The position numbers and the translations under genes are program-made. Of a DNA stretch of 64,000 nucleotides, positions 62,626 through 64,000 are shown one piece after another. The notes under the pieces are model-generated. The model made no database searches and had not been told where the DNA came from. It saw nothing but the letters and a program-made list of their open reading frames with translations. The DNA comes from Bacteroidales bacterium (GTDB lineage Bacteria > Bacteroidota > Bacteroidia > Bacteroidales > JAAUTT01), in NCBI GenBank assembly GCA_025361285.1, contig JANYAP010000022.1, positions 255-64,254 of the forward strand, written 5' to 3'. Each line of letters opens with the position of its first letter. Within the stretch, counting starts at the first letter, position 1.

Positions 62626-63654
62626 ATGAGAATAGGCACAATTGATTTAGGTGAAAAGCCACTTTTTCTGGCACCGATGGAGGACGTAACTGACCCATCG
62701 TTTCGTTATATATGCAAGCAATATGGGGCTGATATGATGTACACCGAATTTATTTCGAGCGACGGCTTAATACGCGATGCCCGAACAAGTGTTAAAAAGC
62801 TCGATATATTTGATTATGAGCGCCCAATTGGTATTCAAATATATGGTCATCTTATTGAACCTATGGTTGAGGCGGCTAAAATTGCCGAAGCTGCTAATCC
62901 CGATGTTATCGATATTAATTTTGGCTGTCCGGTTCGTAAAATTGCTGCACGTGGCGCAGGATCGGGCATGATGAACAATGTTCCACTTATGGTAACAATG
63001 ACCAAAGCCATAGTTGACGCCGTAAAAATACCAGTAACCGTAAAAACCCGATTGGGTTACGACGAAAATTCGAAGAATATTGTTGAAATTGCCGAACGGC
63101 TGCAAGATGTTGGTATTCAAGCATTAACTATACACGGACGAACTCGGGCGCAACTGTACAAAGGCGTTGCCGATTGGACACTTATTGGCGATGTAAAAAA
63201 CAATGCGCGAATGAATATTCCCATAATTGGAAATGGCGATATAAATAGTGCAGAAAGGGCAGGGGAGATGTTTGATAAATACGGGGTTGATGGTATTATG
63301 ATTGCACGAGCTACGTACGGCCGACCTTGGATATTTAAGGAAATTAAACATTATTTAGCAACCGGAATGTTAATGCCCTCATTGTCAATACTGGAAAAGG
63401 TGGAATTGGCAAAAATGCATTTGCAAAAGTCGTTCGATATAAAGGGCTGCACTGTTGGCATTTACGAAATGCGCCGGCATCTTACCAATTATTTTAAAGG
63501 CTTACCTCATTTTAAAGAAACCCGGTTAAAATTGGTAACAACGCTCGATATTGTGGAGCTAATGAGTATTTTAGACGATATAGCCATAAAATACGAAGGC
63601 TTTCAGCCCGAAAACGAAGCAGAGGAAACAAGTGCAGTTAATGAGGATTTGTAA
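62626..63654 (+). CDS. dusB: tRNA-dihydrouridine synthase
   Basis: 342 aa with LAPMEDVTD, DINFGCP (catalytic Cys) and the HGRT motif of the Dus TIM barrel, plus a C-terminal helical domain. Confidence 0.9.
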   Translation: MRIGTIDLGEKPLFLAPMEDVTDPSFRYICKQYGADMMYTEFISSDGLIRDARTSVKKLDIFDYERPIGIQIYGHLIEPMVEAAKIAEAANPDVIDINFGCPVRKIAARGAGSGMMNNVPLMVTMTKAIVDAVKIPVTVKTRLGYDENSKNIVEIAERLQDVGIQALTIHGRTRAQLYKGVADWTLIGDVKNNARMNIPIIGNGDINSAERAGEMFDKYGVDGIMIARATYGRPWIFKEIKHYLATGMLMPSLSILEKVELAKMHLQKSFDIKGCTVGIYEMRRHLTNYFKGLPHFKETRLKLVTTLDIVELMSILDDIAIKYEGFQPENEAEETSAVNEDL

Positions 63655-63717
63655 TTAAATAAGTTGTACAAATGTATGGGCTGCAAAACCATCCACAAAG
63701 CAATCCATAAAAGTATA

Positions 63718-63896
63718 CTGTCATTCCGACGCAGGTCGGAACGGCGAAGCCCTCACCGAAGGTAATCCAATACAAGTAAGCTATTGCATTACTGGCGAAC
63801 ATTCGTTTGAGATCCCGACCTACGTCGGGATGACAGCACCAATAATGGATTGCCCTTCGGCGAGCTCGTAAACTCGGTTCCGACTTACGTCGCAAT
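63718..63896. repeat. composite palindromic intergenic element, second copy (hairpin A 63718-63754, GGTAATCCA box, hairpin B 63815-63847, degenerate A-like hairpin 63876-63896)
   Basis: It is the reverse complement of the core at 15761-15887, with both hairpins and the GGTAATCCA box conserved and the ~50-nt spacer diverged. Confidence 0.8.
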
Positions 63897-64000
63897 TACA
63901 CAAAGTCGCATGACTTCTTTTATTACAAAGCCATTAGTGCATATCCGTACTATACGGCAACAGACGAAACCTTTCCATTGAGTATTCGATTATACGCTTC

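Overview
This is a 64-kb chromosomal segment from an AT-rich member of the Bacteroidota. The phylum call rests on type-A and type-B T9SS C-terminal sorting domains, a PorP/SprF gene, TAnnTTTG-type -7 boxes 10-50 nt upstream of many start codons, and no Shine-Dalgarno sequences. I could run no searches, so every family call comes from motifs read in the supplied translations. The ORF track often starts at TTG inside repeats, so several starts were moved.

Gene content, in order:
- 0.4-9.1 kb, minus strand: a carrier-protein-dependent tailoring cluster. It holds an AMP-ligase, a NadE-like enzyme, an AsnB-like amidotransferase, two ACPs, an unknown protein, a deacetylase and an LbH acetyltransferase, with a divergent VOC/epimerase gene.
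- 9.1-15.4 kb: an operon of a small T9SS-CTD protein and two giant phage-tail-fibre-like repeat proteins. One of them ends in a Fibrobacter-type (FISUMP) lectin-like domain.
- 15.9-21.1 kb: a hybrid PAS histidine kinase and a REC-HK protein.
- 21.3-25.7 kb: housekeeping genes (FtsX/LolE-like permease, methyltransferase, rbfA, cupredoxin, trpS).
- 26.5-36.9 kb: a T9SS type-B cargo/PorP-SprF/PD40-PKD module, followed by an unknown secreted protein and a propeller-YYY-SpoIIE phosphatase.
- 36.9-45.1 kb: an MqnE/CofH-type radical SAM gene, rpmH (missing from the ORF track), rsmG, an ECF sigma factor, a GT2, tgt, an LptF/G permease and aspS.
- 45.3-49.8 kb: a SatD-like/DUF3307-like pair fused to a queC-queE-queD...queF preQ1 cluster. 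A decayed PIN toxin-antitoxin module splits that cluster.
- 50-64 kb: a tandemly duplicated small membrane-protein cassette, HigBA, a YidD-like three-gene operon, gmhA, an OM lipoprotein/barrel pair, comM/yifB, an M24B peptidase, a CPBP protease and dusB.

I found no CRISPR, rRNA or tRNA genes, no intact mobile element and no recognisable defence system.

The most unusual signals are non-coding:
- A guanine-free 23 x 9-nt tandem array forms the whole leader of trpS.
- Other short-period word arrays fill many intergenic spacers (aspS, queD and others).
- A composite two-hairpin ~125-nt element sits downstream of two unrelated genes in the same transcript orientation.

The coding candidates for undescribed biology are the ACP/amidotransferase cluster next to the tail-fibre-like surface operon, and the SatD/DUF3307 link to 7-deazaguanine synthesis.
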